In this document: in pieces, positions 19,282-28,463 of the stretch
Position numbering within the stretch: the stretch's first letter is position 1
Layout of the letters: each line of letters starts with the position of its first letter
Origin: Desulfosoma sp.
Lineage (GTDB): Bacteria; Desulfobacterota; Syntrophobacteria; Syntrophobacterales; DSM-9756
Reading direction: 5' to 3'
Assembly (NCBI GenBank): GCA_037481835.1
Contig: JBBFKW010000007.1
Location: 1 to 64,000, forward strand
Length of the DNA stretch: 64,000 bases
Position numbers and translations under genes: made by a program
Notes under the pieces: model-generated
What the model was told of the DNA's origin: nothing
The model's input: the letters and a program-made list of their open reading frames with translations, nothing else
Databases searched by the model: none

Positions 19282-21153
19282 TCATGCGGTGCGGCTCGAA
19301 GGCCGTTCGATGGCTTGATGAGGGCACACGTGAAGGCATACGCCGCACCCGGCGCAGAGGTTTTCGTCGATGGAGACGGCTTCCTTTTCCCCGTGGAAAA
19401 TAAGGGCGGGGCATTCAAAAGACTTAATGCAAAAGCCGCATCCCTCGCATTTTTCCGTGACAACGGGAGCCGGGGCACGGCTTTTCCGACCCTCGTGCCG
19501 AGCGCGCTCCATGAGGCACGGACGGCGTGCGATGACCACGGCCATGCCGCCGTTTTCCGCGTCCCGGCAATGGTCTTTGGCGGCCTTGAGCAATTGGATG
19601 AAACCCGGAACGTCGTATGGATCCCCCACCGACACGTGCCCGACGCCGCAGGCCGCCGCCAAAGCTTCGATGGTCACGGGTGGAACTCTTTGCCCGTCCG
19701 CCGTCATACCGGCGGCCGGCGTCGGCTGATGCCCCGTCATGGCCGTGGTGCCGTTATCCAAAACGATGACGGGAAACCGGCACCCTTGGGCCACGGCGTT
19801 GATGAGGGCCGGGATGCCCGCGTGATAGAAGGTGGAATCGCCGATGGTGGCGACGATGGGCCGGGTGTTGTGGCCCGAATCCCGATAGGCATGAAAGAAT
19901 CCTGCGGCCTGGCTGATGGAAGCTCCCATGCAAAGGACCGTGTCCACCGCCCCCAGGTTCAGTCCCAGAGTGTAACAGCCGATGTCGCTCGCATAAATGC
20001 CCTTGGGGAAAACCTTGCGCATGGCGAAAAAAGCCGCTCGATGGCCGCAGCCGGCGCACAGCGTCGGGCGACGTCCCGCAGCCGGGGAAACATTTTGTTC
20101 TGAAGGTGGAAGCCCGGCAAAACGGCGGACGATCTGTTCCACGATTTCCGGAAGCAGTTCCCCTTCCCGAGGCACAAAGCCGTTCAGCCGCCCCCGGACC
20201 TTGCCGCGGTCCCTGAGTTGTCCTTCGATCACCGGCTGGGTTTCTTCCAAGACCAAAATGTTCTGACAGTTTTCAAGGAGTTCGACGCTGAAGCTTTCGG
20301 ACAGGGGGAAGGGCATGGGCACCTGGTAGATGGGAATCCGGTGCCACAGATCCAAGTCCCGAAGCACTTCCACCGCATGAGCGCACGCGGCCCCCGAAGC
20401 CACAATGGCTTTGTCGAAGGTCGGCTCGACCGAACCGCTTTGCCCGCCAAGAGTTTCGGTCCGGTTCAAGAGTTCCGGCTGCCAGCGGGGGTCTTGCGCG
20501 ATTTGGTCTAGCTTTTCGTTAAGCTTTTTATGGAGAAGATAGCGAAATTTCGGGGTCGCCGCCCATCGGGCCGGATCTTTTTCGAAAACGGGCTGGGACG
20601 GGGCCGTCTGGAAGGCACGGACGGGCATGTCCTGGCGGGCATGGCATACCCGGGTTGTGGGCCGTAGAATGACCGGAATTTCGTAGTCTTCCGATAAGGC
20701 ATAAGCGTGGACGATCCATTCTCGGGCTTGGACAGGATCGGCCGGATCCAATACCGGCAGCTTGGCGAACATGGCAAATTGACGGGTGTCCTGTTCCGTT
20801 TGGGAACTGTGCGGGCCGGGATCGTCGGCCACGATCAGCACAAACCCCCCTTTGACCCCCGTATACGCGGCGCTCATCACCGGGTCGGCCGCCACGTTGA
20901 GCCCCACCTGTTTCATGGCCGCAGCGGAACGTCTTCCAGCGTAGCTGTTGGCCAGAGCCGTTTCCACGGCCACCTTCTCGTTGATGGACCACTCCAGATG
21001 GCACGGCACGGCATGACGACGCCTGAGCTGCATCAAGGCGGCCATGATCTCCGAAGCAGGGGTTCCGGGATAAGAGGCCGCCAGGGTGCAGCCGGCTTCC
21101 AGAAGCCCATGGGCGATGGCTTCATTGCCCAGAAGGATTTTTCTCTCCGTCAC
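19282..21153 (-). CDS. iorA: Indolepyruvate:ferredoxin oxidoreductase alpha subunit
   Basis: LGNEAIA, YPGTPASE, MKQVGLNVAAD, CAGCGH, DIGCY, GDSTF and two C-terminal CxxCxxCxxxCP motifs. Confidence 0.95.
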   Translation of the reverse strand: MTERKILLGNEAIAHGLLEAGCTLAASYPGTPASEIMAALMQLRRRHAVPCHLEWSINEKVAVETALANSYAGRRSAAAMKQVGLNVAADPVMSAAYTGVKGGFVLIVADDPGPHSSQTEQDTRQFAMFAKLPVLDPADPVQAREWIVHAYALSEDYEIPVILRPTTRVCHARQDMPVRAFQTAPSQPVFEKDPARWAATPKFRYLLHKKLNEKLDQIAQDPRWQPELLNRTETLGGQSGSVEPTFDKAIVASGAACAHAVEVLRDLDLWHRIPIYQVPMPFPLSESFSVELLENCQNILVLEETQPVIEGQLRDRGKVRGRLNGFVPREGELLPEIVEQIVRRFAGLPPSEQNVSPAAGRRPTLCAGCGHRAAFFAMRKVFPKGIYASDIGCYTLGLNLGAVDTVLCMGASISQAAGFFHAYRDSGHNTRPIVATIGDSTFYHAGIPALINAVAQGCRFPVIVLDNGTTAMTGHQPTPAAGMTADGQRVPPVTIEALAAACGVGHVSVGDPYDVPGFIQLLKAAKDHCRDAENGGMAVVIARRPCLMERARHEGRKSRAPAPVVTEKCEGCGFCIKSFECPALIFHGEKEAVSIDENLCAGCGVCLHVCPHQAIERPSSRTA

Positions 21154-21554
21154 GAAAAACTCCTGATTGCCTTTCCATTGGGTTCAAAAAATCGAAGGCC
21201 GCGGACGACCGAGCCGTCCACGGCCTCAAAGGGGTTCACGCACGGCCCCTGGGTGGACGGGCGGATCTTTTCGCTCCACACCACCACTTACCATGGCGCC
21301 ACAAGGAGGGCCCTGTTGTCATGATCCCGATCTCCCTGGAAAAGTGCCTTTTCAAAGCGCTCCGTTTGTAGCAAAAGAGTCCCGCGAGGGTCAAGCCGTG
21401 TTCCCATGCATGATCCATGTTGAAAATGTTTGGTCCAAGGGCTTCGACGGCGGATTTGGTGACGGCAAAACCGAGGAGAGAAAGTTCAAAGTGCATCGGC
21501 TCGGGGGGACCGGTCCCCGGCGGCCGTTGGAACTGTGCTGAAGGGAGGCACCCC

Positions 21555-21977
21555 ATGGATGAGAAGGTCAAAGAGTTCCTCACGGAAAAGGTGGCCGCCG
21601 AACCCTACGCGCGCCATTTGGGCATGCGCCTTCTGCGAGTGGATGTCGGCTATGCCCTTGTGGAAATGGATTTCGATGAAACCAAGCAGAACATCTTCGG
21701 CTTGGCCCATGGCGGTGCAGTCTTTTCCCTCATCGACGAAGCCTTCGAAGTGGCCTCCAATTCCCACGGTATCATGGCCGTAGCCCTCAACATGAACGTC
21801 ACCTACATGGCCGCCCCGAAACTTGGAACCACCCTGCGAGCCGAAGCCGTGGAAATCCATAGAACGGTGCGCACGGCCAGCTACCAGATCCGCGTCACCG
21901 ACGCCGACGGCACCCTCATCGCCCTGTGCCAGGCTCTTGTTTATCGCAAGAAAGACAAGGCCTTTGCCGCCACGTAA
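21555..21977 (+). CDS. paaI: PaaI-family hotdog-fold acyl-CoA thioesterase
   Basis: NIFGLAHGGAVFSLID with GGGAGG RBS. Divergent from iorA. Confidence 0.87.
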   Translation: MDEKVKEFLTEKVAAEPYARHLGMRLLRVDVGYALVEMDFDETKQNIFGLAHGGAVFSLIDEAFEVASNSHGIMAVALNMNVTYMAAPKLGTTLRAEAVEIHRTVRTASYQIRVTDADGTLIALCQALVYRKKDKAFAAT

Positions 21978-23143
21978 TCGCCGATGGCAAGAGAGGATGT
22001 GGCCGCCGGGGAGGGGGCGTTCAGCACATGAACCTGACCCGGCGCGGTGAGGATGGAAAAATCGTCCAAAAGCCGGCCGTCGGGACTCAGGGCTTGGGCG
22101 CGAAGCCCTGCGCCCCCAGGGGCCAGATCGTCGGCCGTCACCTCCGGCACTAGTTTTTGCAAGGCCTTGGCGAAGAGCGCCTTGGAAAAGGATCGAATCA
22201 TTTCCTGGAGGCCCGTTTTCCAGTACATCCGGGCGAGGCGCCAAAAACCGGCGTAGGTCAAAGTCTCCCAGGTTTCGTCGAGCCGCACGGACTTGTGCGT
22301 GTAGCCTTCCCGCGCCCAGGCCAGCACGGCGTTGGGACCCGCCTCCACCGAACCATCGATCCTGCGCGTAAAATGGACTCCGAGGAAGGGAAACCGCGGG
22401 TCGGGAACCGGGTAGATGAGGGAACGGACCAGATGGCGGCGGCTTTCCTTGAGGCTGTAGTATTCCCCTCGAAAGGGCACGATACGGCACGGCGGGTTCA
22501 TGCCGGCGAAGCGGGCGATGCGGTCCGCGTACAGCCCGCCGCAGTTCACGACAAGCCGCGCGGCATAGTGGGCATTCGGTGTGGAAATCGTCGTCCGGGT
22601 TTTTTCCACGCTCAGGGCTGTGACGGGCTGGGCGAAAAAAACCCGGCCGCCCCGGGCTTGAACGGATTGGGCGAGCTTTTTGGCTACCTCCCGAAAATCG
22701 ACGATGCCCGTGGTGGGGACCCACAGAGCCCGAACGCAGCGCACGTGGGGTTCCATGGATCGGGCTTCTTCGGCGGAAAGTACCCTCATGCCGGCAACGC
22801 CGTTGGCGGTTCCCCGCCGGAAAAGGTCCTCGAGCCTTTCCGTTTCCAGGGCATCCGTTGCAGCCACGATTTTTCCGCAGATTTCGAATGGGATGGAATG
22901 ATCCCGGCAGAAGTCGACTAGCGCTTGAGCGCCTTCCACACACAGCCTCGCCTTCAGGGATCCCGGCCGGTAGTAAATGCCGGAATGGATGACCCCGCTG
23001 TTGTGTCCCGTTTGGTGAGCGCCAGGGCTGGATTCCTTTTCCAAAACCACGAGGTCCAAAGACGGCTCGCGTTCCAACAGCCGATAAGCCGTGGCCAATC
23101 CCACGATGCCCGCGCCGATGACCACTGCATCACACGTTTTCAT
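21941..23143 (-). CDS. lhgO: L-2-hydroxyglutarate oxidase/dehydrogenase (FAD)
   Basis: GAGIVG, HQTGHNSGVIHSGIYY, PFLGVH, NAPSPAATSSL. Confidence 0.9.
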   Translation of the reverse strand: MKTCDAVVIGAGIVGLATAYRLLEREPSLDLVVLEKESSPGAHQTGHNSGVIHSGIYYRPGSLKARLCVEGAQALVDFCRDHSIPFEICGKIVAATDALETERLEDLFRRGTANGVAGMRVLSAEEARSMEPHVRCVRALWVPTTGIVDFREVAKKLAQSVQARGGRVFFAQPVTALSVEKTRTTISTPNAHYAARLVVNCGGLYADRIARFAGMNPPCRIVPFRGEYYSLKESRRHLVRSLIYPVPDPRFPFLGVHFTRRIDGSVEAGPNAVLAWAREGYTHKSVRLDETWETLTYAGFWRLARMYWKTGLQEMIRSFSKALFAKALQKLVPEVTADDLAPGGAGLRAQALSPDGRLLDDFSILTAPGQVHVLNAPSPAATSSLAIGDYVAAKALSFLR

Positions 23144-24449
23144 CTTCACCTCTTCCGTGGAGTTCTTGTTCGGGGTCGAGACACGGGTTGAAATAACCGA
23201 AGCGAATGTCGGGAAACCGATCCCGGATTCGCTCCATGAGCCGAAGAATTCCCAACGGCTTTCCTTTGCTCTGAAAGCCCAGGCGGGAGAGGATCCACTC
23301 GGGGTCCGCGCTCAGGTTGCGCATCTGAATTAGATCCACAGGTGCTTTTTCCAACAGAGTGCATAGCGCTTGGAATTCCTGCGGGTCGTCCGTAAAGCCG
23401 GGAAGGACGAAGTAGTTCAGGGACACGAAACGGCTGCGCGATTTCATGGCCTGGATGGAACGGACGACGTCGTCGAACCCGTAGCCTCGGGGACGGTAAT
23501 ACGCGTGGTAGAATTCAGGCCGGGCGGAATTGAGGCTCACCCGCAGACTGTCCAGCCCGGCGTCGGCCAGCCGGGCCGCCACGTCCGGGAGGCTGGCGTT
23601 GCTGTTGCAATTGATGGTTCCTCGGCTTGTCTCCCGGCGCATGATCCGGATGGCCACTTCCAGGGTTTTCCCCTGGAGGAGCGGTTCGCCTTCGCAGCCT
23701 TGGCCGAAACTCACCACGGCCCGCGGGGCTTTCAGCAGATGCGGCACGGCCGTTTCGGCGATTTCTTCCGGTGTGGGCACAAAGCCGATCCTATCTTGAG
23801 TGGCGCATAGGCCCGATTCTTCCTGCAAACTGATGCAGCCCAGACACCGGGCGTTGCAGACGGGCGATGTGGGCAAGGGCGCTTCCCAGCGGTTCATGAA
23901 AAGGTTTCGCGCCGCAGGGCACCCATAGGTCAAGGCGCACTTTCCCAGATGCTGAATGAGGCGGTTGGAAGATAAACGGCTCATGCGGCGGCGCGCGTTA
24001 CGGGCGATGGCCTCCCGGTCGAAATTCTTGAAATCCTGCCTCGGATCGGGATCGACCCGCACAGCGGTGGTGACGAAGCCCCCGTCGCACCAGCCCACGG
24101 CCGTGTAGGCGAAAAGGGGCAAAAGGGGCGCATCCGGCCGGGTCTTATAGGCGGCCGAATAGAGCTGGGTATGGGCCGGGGCGATGAAGGCGGCGACGGC
24201 TTCCACGGACCGGTGGGGGTTGTATGGGTCGCGGGTGAGGACGTGGTAGCGTTTCTTGTGGCGGTCGTATCCTATGGGATAGCGTCCGGGCAGGCGAAAG
24301 AGTTCGCTCCCCTCAGGCAAGGGGATGAGTTCCTTCGGGGAAGGCCGGGTGAGACGCCCCGCGCTGGATCCCGTCATTTCCAAGAAGGGATGCTCGAGGA
24401 TGCGACCGGACGCGTCAGCGTAAAGGAGAAGGGGGCGTGAGGCGGTCAT
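23130..24449 (-). CDS. Radical SAM protein of unknown function
   Basis: CNARCLGC motif and SFGQGCEGEP. Start is 24449 or GTG 24464. Confidence 0.88.
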   Translation of the reverse strand: MTASRPLLLYADASGRILEHPFLEMTGSSAGRLTRPSPKELIPLPEGSELFRLPGRYPIGYDRHKKRYHVLTRDPYNPHRSVEAVAAFIAPAHTQLYSAAYKTRPDAPLLPLFAYTAVGWCDGGFVTTAVRVDPDPRQDFKNFDREAIARNARRRMSRLSSNRLIQHLGKCALTYGCPAARNLFMNRWEAPLPTSPVCNARCLGCISLQEESGLCATQDRIGFVPTPEEIAETAVPHLLKAPRAVVSFGQGCEGEPLLQGKTLEVAIRIMRRETSRGTINCNSNASLPDVAARLADAGLDSLRVSLNSARPEFYHAYYRPRGYGFDDVVRSIQAMKSRSRFVSLNYFVLPGFTDDPQEFQALCTLLEKAPVDLIQMRNLSADPEWILSRLGFQSKGKPLGILRLMERIRDRFPDIRFGYFNPCLDPEQELHGRGEDENV

Positions 24450-24471
24450 GGCGGACGGGGGCACGGCTCCT

Positions 24472-25296
24472 TTAAGAACCTCGCAACAGATCGTCGAAGG
24501 ACACGATTTCGGCTCTATCGGAAGAGCGCAGTTGGCCCATCAGTTCGTCGAGGAATGCGAAGGCGAAAGGCGTCATCCTCTGGTGATGGATCATGATCCC
24601 GACAACGGCGTCTTTGGAAAAGGCGCTGGTCAATTCGTGCAGCAGCAGGTCGTAATCGGCAGCACCGTCATCATTTTTCCGAGTGTGAAGATCGATGGCG
24701 ATCCGAAAGTTTTTGAGACGATGGGTATTCTTTCCGGTTTTGGGCAGGGGATCCGTGGTCGAGACGGCCTTGAATCCCATCTGATCGAGCACTTCCAGGG
24801 TCATGGCGCTCAATCGGTTCCACGGTGGGGTGAAAACGGGAAGGAGCCGCTCCTGAAAGACCGTCATGAGTCTCGTGTGCCCTTGCCAGACGTCCTTCCA
24901 TTGCTTTTCCAGAGGGCGCTGGTCGCCGAATTCGCACTTTTTTCCGGTTTTTTGCCAGTTGACGTGGCGCCAGCCGTGCTGATGCCATCCCCAAAGACTT
25001 TCGTCGGGGGGAGCCGAGGCGAAAAGCTGGTCAATCCGCGCTTCCGTGAGCCACGCCGGGACGACGGCCAAAGCGAGCGGCACGCCGTGCTCGCGAAACA
25101 AGGCGCACAGGGCATGGAACCGGTGTCCGCCCGCACCGATATCGTCGGCGCGGAAAAAGACTCGAACCTTGTGTCGACCCGGAAGGCGCTGCACCGTCTC
25201 CACAAGGCGTTCCCGCCATGAGGGCGCCGGGTTGCTCCAAAGGGCGGAATAGGTTCTCGGCTTTTGAATGCGCATTTCATCCTTTATGACGGCCAT
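24472..25296 (-). CDS. Polysaccharide deacetylase (NodB/CE4-like) family protein
   Basis: FFRADD, HQHGWRH, FTPPWN, IMIHH. Confidence 0.8.
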   Translation of the reverse strand: MAVIKDEMRIQKPRTYSALWSNPAPSWRERLVETVQRLPGRHKVRVFFRADDIGAGGHRFHALCALFREHGVPLALAVVPAWLTEARIDQLFASAPPDESLWGWHQHGWRHVNWQKTGKKCEFGDQRPLEKQWKDVWQGHTRLMTVFQERLLPVFTPPWNRLSAMTLEVLDQMGFKAVSTTDPLPKTGKNTHRLKNFRIAIDLHTRKNDDGAADYDLLLHELTSAFSKDAVVGIMIHHQRMTPFAFAFLDELMGQLRSSDRAEIVSFDDLLRGS

Positions 25297-25668
25297 ACGA
25301 CAGCCTTTCTTGACGCCGACCCAAAAGATCGCTAGGACGCTCTCTGGCAAGGGCGTTTTGGACACCGTCCCGTCTAGCGCATCCGGGCGGCGAAGGCAAC
25401 GGTTTGCTTGGTCGATCCGGCGAAAAGGCAACTCATGAGGAACCCGAAGAAAAGCCGAGATTTAATGGTAAAAAACCGCCAATGATCCCCAATGGAGGCA
25501 CACGGGCTTTGGATTCATTGTCGGGGATGCCTTATTCGCGATTCCCATAGCCATGCCGGAAAGACTCTGGCCGCCCTCCGCCTCGGCGGCGTAACGGATC
25601 CTACTAAAGAGACAGGATTGTGGGACGGACGATCTTTTATGGTCCCGCGAGCGCATGAGCCACTACTG

Positions 25669-26862
25669 ATGTCGGAACGACGCATTCGGACGCACATTCG
25701 GGCCAAGGAACACCAATTCGCCGCAGTGGTTCCTCGCGAACTCTTGGGCGTGTGCCGCCGCGAAATGGAACAGCTGGGACTGGATATCCTGGAAGAATCC
25801 GAGGCGGGCGTGGAATTTCGGGGAAAGCTCGAAGCGTGCTACTTGGCGAACTTGTGGTTGCGCACGGCCGCCCGGGTGCTTTGCCGGTTTCCAGCCATGA
25901 AGGTCGGCGCGAGGGAAGAGCTGTTCTCCAAGACGGCACGCCTTCCGTGGGAGTTGTGGATTGATCCGCGAGTCGCCGTGCGCGTCGATGTTTACCTAAA
26001 CGCGTCACGGTTGACGCACACCGGCTGGGCTCGAAAGGCTTTCCAGGATGCCCTGCGAAAGCGTTTCGAAGGATTCGGCGCCGGAATTTCTTTCGTCGAC
26101 TCCGACCCTGCGGCCGGGCCCGCCGCGATGGAAGAAGAGGCTTTGGTCCAGCGCATTATGCTGCGCATCGAACACAACCGATGCCGGATCAGTTTGGACA
26201 CGTCCGGAGCGCATCTCCATCAGAGGGGCTATCGTTTGAAGCACGCCGGGGCGCCGCTTCGGGAAACCTTGGCGGCGGCCTTGGTGCTTCAGTCGGGCTG
26301 GAAGCCCCCCGAACCTTTCCTGGACGGCATGTGCGGCTCAGGCACGGCCGTGATTGAAGCGGCCCTTCTTGCCGGAAAGATTCCTCCGGGAAGGCGCCGG
26401 AGGTTTCTCTTTCAGAGATGGCCGTCGTTTCAGGAAAAGACGTGGCAATATCTATTGAGGAAAGCGGATGAGGGCGTCCGGGATGTCGCGCCGGCCCGGT
26501 TCATCGCGGTGGATCACGATCCCAAGGCCGTGGCCGTGGCTCGGGAAAACGCCGTTCGGGCCGGCATCGCGCCCTGGGTGGCATGGCACACCATGCCCTT
26601 CGAAAAACTGGATCCTCTGGACTTGGGGCTGGATCGGGGGCTGGTGTTCTTGAACCCGCCATACGGCGTGCGGCTTCAAGCGGACCGAGGCCTTTATGAA
26701 CGCCTGCTCAACCACCTGGGCCGGTGTTTCGCCGGCTGGAAGGCCGTCGTGTTGGCTCCGGAGCGCGACCTCTTGGTTTCGGGGTCGGTGCGGCCTCGGA
26801 AGATAAGACGGCTTCGCCACGGCGGTTTGCCCATCAGCGCCGGGTTTTACGATTTTCCCTGA
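25669..26862 (+). CDS. THUMP-domain RNA m2G methyltransferase (RlmL-like)
   Basis: NLWLRTA, SLDTSG.LHQRGYR, APLRETLAA, DGMCGSGT, NPPYG. Start uncertain; the ORF is open from 25492. Confidence 0.88.
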   Translation: MSERRIRTHIRAKEHQFAAVVPRELLGVCRREMEQLGLDILEESEAGVEFRGKLEACYLANLWLRTAARVLCRFPAMKVGAREELFSKTARLPWELWIDPRVAVRVDVYLNASRLTHTGWARKAFQDALRKRFEGFGAGISFVDSDPAAGPAAMEEEALVQRIMLRIEHNRCRISLDTSGAHLHQRGYRLKHAGAPLRETLAAALVLQSGWKPPEPFLDGMCGSGTAVIEAALLAGKIPPGRRRRFLFQRWPSFQEKTWQYLLRKADEGVRDVAPARFIAVDHDPKAVAVARENAVRAGIAPWVAWHTMPFEKLDPLDLGLDRGLVFLNPPYGVRLQADRGLYERLLNHLGRCFAGWKAVVLAPERDLLVSGSVRPRKIRRLRHGGLPISAGFYDFP

Positions 26863-27099
26863 AAGTGCGGAGGCATCGAGCGGGAGAACCGCTCGGCGTC
26901 AGCGCGCCGGACTTCTGTGCGCTTGTAACCGGACGCCTTCCGCCGTCAGGCTCCGCCCCGCCCCGGCCTTCAAACAGCGGAACTCGTAAGCCCGCGGCGC
27001 AGCCGTGGGTTCCGGGGCGATAGCGAACCAAACCAAACCCCGAAGGGCTGAAAAGCCCTGAGGCGAAACGCATAATGCTGCAACGTGAAGGACCCTCCA

Positions 27100-27975
27100 A
27101 TGCCCATTCTCATTGAAGAAACCGCCCCGCGCGACGGCCTTCAAAATGAAGCGCTCCTCTTGAGCGTCCCTCAAAAGATCCGACTTATCGAAGAGCTGGT
27201 CGCCTGCGGATTCCGCCGCATCCAGGTGGGCTCGTTCGTGAATCCCCGAGCTGTGCCCCAAATGGCCGATACGGAAGAAGTCTTGCGGCGGCTCCGTAAG
27301 GAGCCGGGCGTGATCTACCGGGCACTCGTCCTCAACGAAAAGGGATTGGAGCGGGCTCAAGGGTGCGGTGCAGCCCACGTGGGCGTTTTCGTTTCCGCGT
27401 CGGAAACCCATAGCCAGAAAAACAGCGGCTGTGATGTGGAAGAGGGACTCCGCAGAGCCTGCGCCGTGGTACGCAGGGCCAAAGCCGCCGGAATTTCGGT
27501 GCAGGCCGGGGTCATGAACGCCTTCGGCTGTCGCTTCGAAGGTCGTGTTCCCGAAGATCGGGTGCTTTCGCTGGCTGCTTCCCTTGCCGAGGCCGGCGCG
27601 GACGAACTGTGCCTTGCGGATACCTCCGGGTTGGCCAACCCCTTGCAAATGGAAAGGATCGTCGGTGAGGCGCTGCGGACTTTCGCGCTTCCTCTGGGAC
27701 TGCACCTGCACGACACCTTCGGCTTCGGGCTGGCCAACGTATATGCGGCCTGGAAGCTTGGCGTCACACGGTTTGACGGGGCCTGCGGCGGACTCGGCGG
27801 ATGCCCCTTCATTCCGGGAGCTCCAGGGAACATCCCTTCGGAAGATCTCGTGCACCTTTTTCACGCCATGGACGTTCCTACGGGTATCGACCTGGAAAAG
27901 CTGATCGCCGTGCGCCGCTCTCTAGAATCTACTTTCCAGCGTTCCTTACCCGGCCGCTACGGCCGCTCTTTTTAA
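27100..27975 (+). CDS. hmgL: Hydroxymethylglutaryl-CoA lyase
   Basis: PRDGLQNE, SFVNPRAVPQMAD, HLHDT, GGLGGCPF.PGAPGN. Confidence 0.9.
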   Translation: MPILIEETAPRDGLQNEALLLSVPQKIRLIEELVACGFRRIQVGSFVNPRAVPQMADTEEVLRRLRKEPGVIYRALVLNEKGLERAQGCGAAHVGVFVSASETHSQKNSGCDVEEGLRRACAVVRRAKAAGISVQAGVMNAFGCRFEGRVPEDRVLSLAASLAEAGADELCLADTSGLANPLQMERIVGEALRTFALPLGLHLHDTFGFGLANVYAAWKLGVTRFDGACGGLGGCPFIPGAPGNIPSEDLVHLFHAMDVPTGIDLEKLIAVRRSLESTFQRSLPGRYGRSF

Positions 27976-28202
27976 GGCCTTACCTGCGGCGTAAGGATCT
28001 TCGCCGGCCCGGGTGCCTTCCCCCCCATGGCCTCCTTCGAGCCGGGTGTTTTGCCCTCTCGGCATCGTTTCTTCCAATCGCCCTTGAAAAACGACCTCTA
28101 TGAAAGGCCGCTTCATCCAACATCTCCCGGCACGAAAACCCGTCCGGAGAAGAGAGGCGCCCCTGGGGTGCCTCTGCCGGTGACTATGTGAAAAAATTTT
28201 TC

Positions 28203-28233
28203 TTGACGAGCGGAGAATCTGGTTTTGTATTTA
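28203..28233 (+). promoter_or_regulatory. Possible sigma70-type promoter of the giant oxidoreductase operon
   Basis: TTGACG at 28203, preceded by an A/T tract and followed by TGTATTTA. Spacing is imperfect. Confidence 0.3.
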
Positions 28234-28342
28234 GCGTTACCGCCGAGCGACGGTCCCCCATTGCCTACCCTCGATGGACGGCCCGCCGCGTTTTTTCCAA
28301 GTACCCATCGATGTGAGCCGCTGACGGCCAGTGCCTGGTATC

Positions 28343-28427
28343 TCCCGTGAAGCGGGCGCAGTCGCCCTGCGAAGCGGATTTCTCTTCTCCCGCGACGGTT
28401 CCTCATCCTCCCTTTTCCCGTGAAGCG
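28343..28427 (+). repeat. 12-bp direct repeat TCCCGTGAAGCG in the operon leader
   Basis: Exact copies at 28343-28354 and 28416-28427. Confidence 0.6.
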
Positions 28428-28463
28428 CCAGCGGCCGAAAGGACATGAAGGAGGATCAACGTC

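Noticed and set aside
28186..28203. Rex operator before the giant operon
   Set aside because: Only the left half (TGTGAA) matches; the right half is TTTTTCT.
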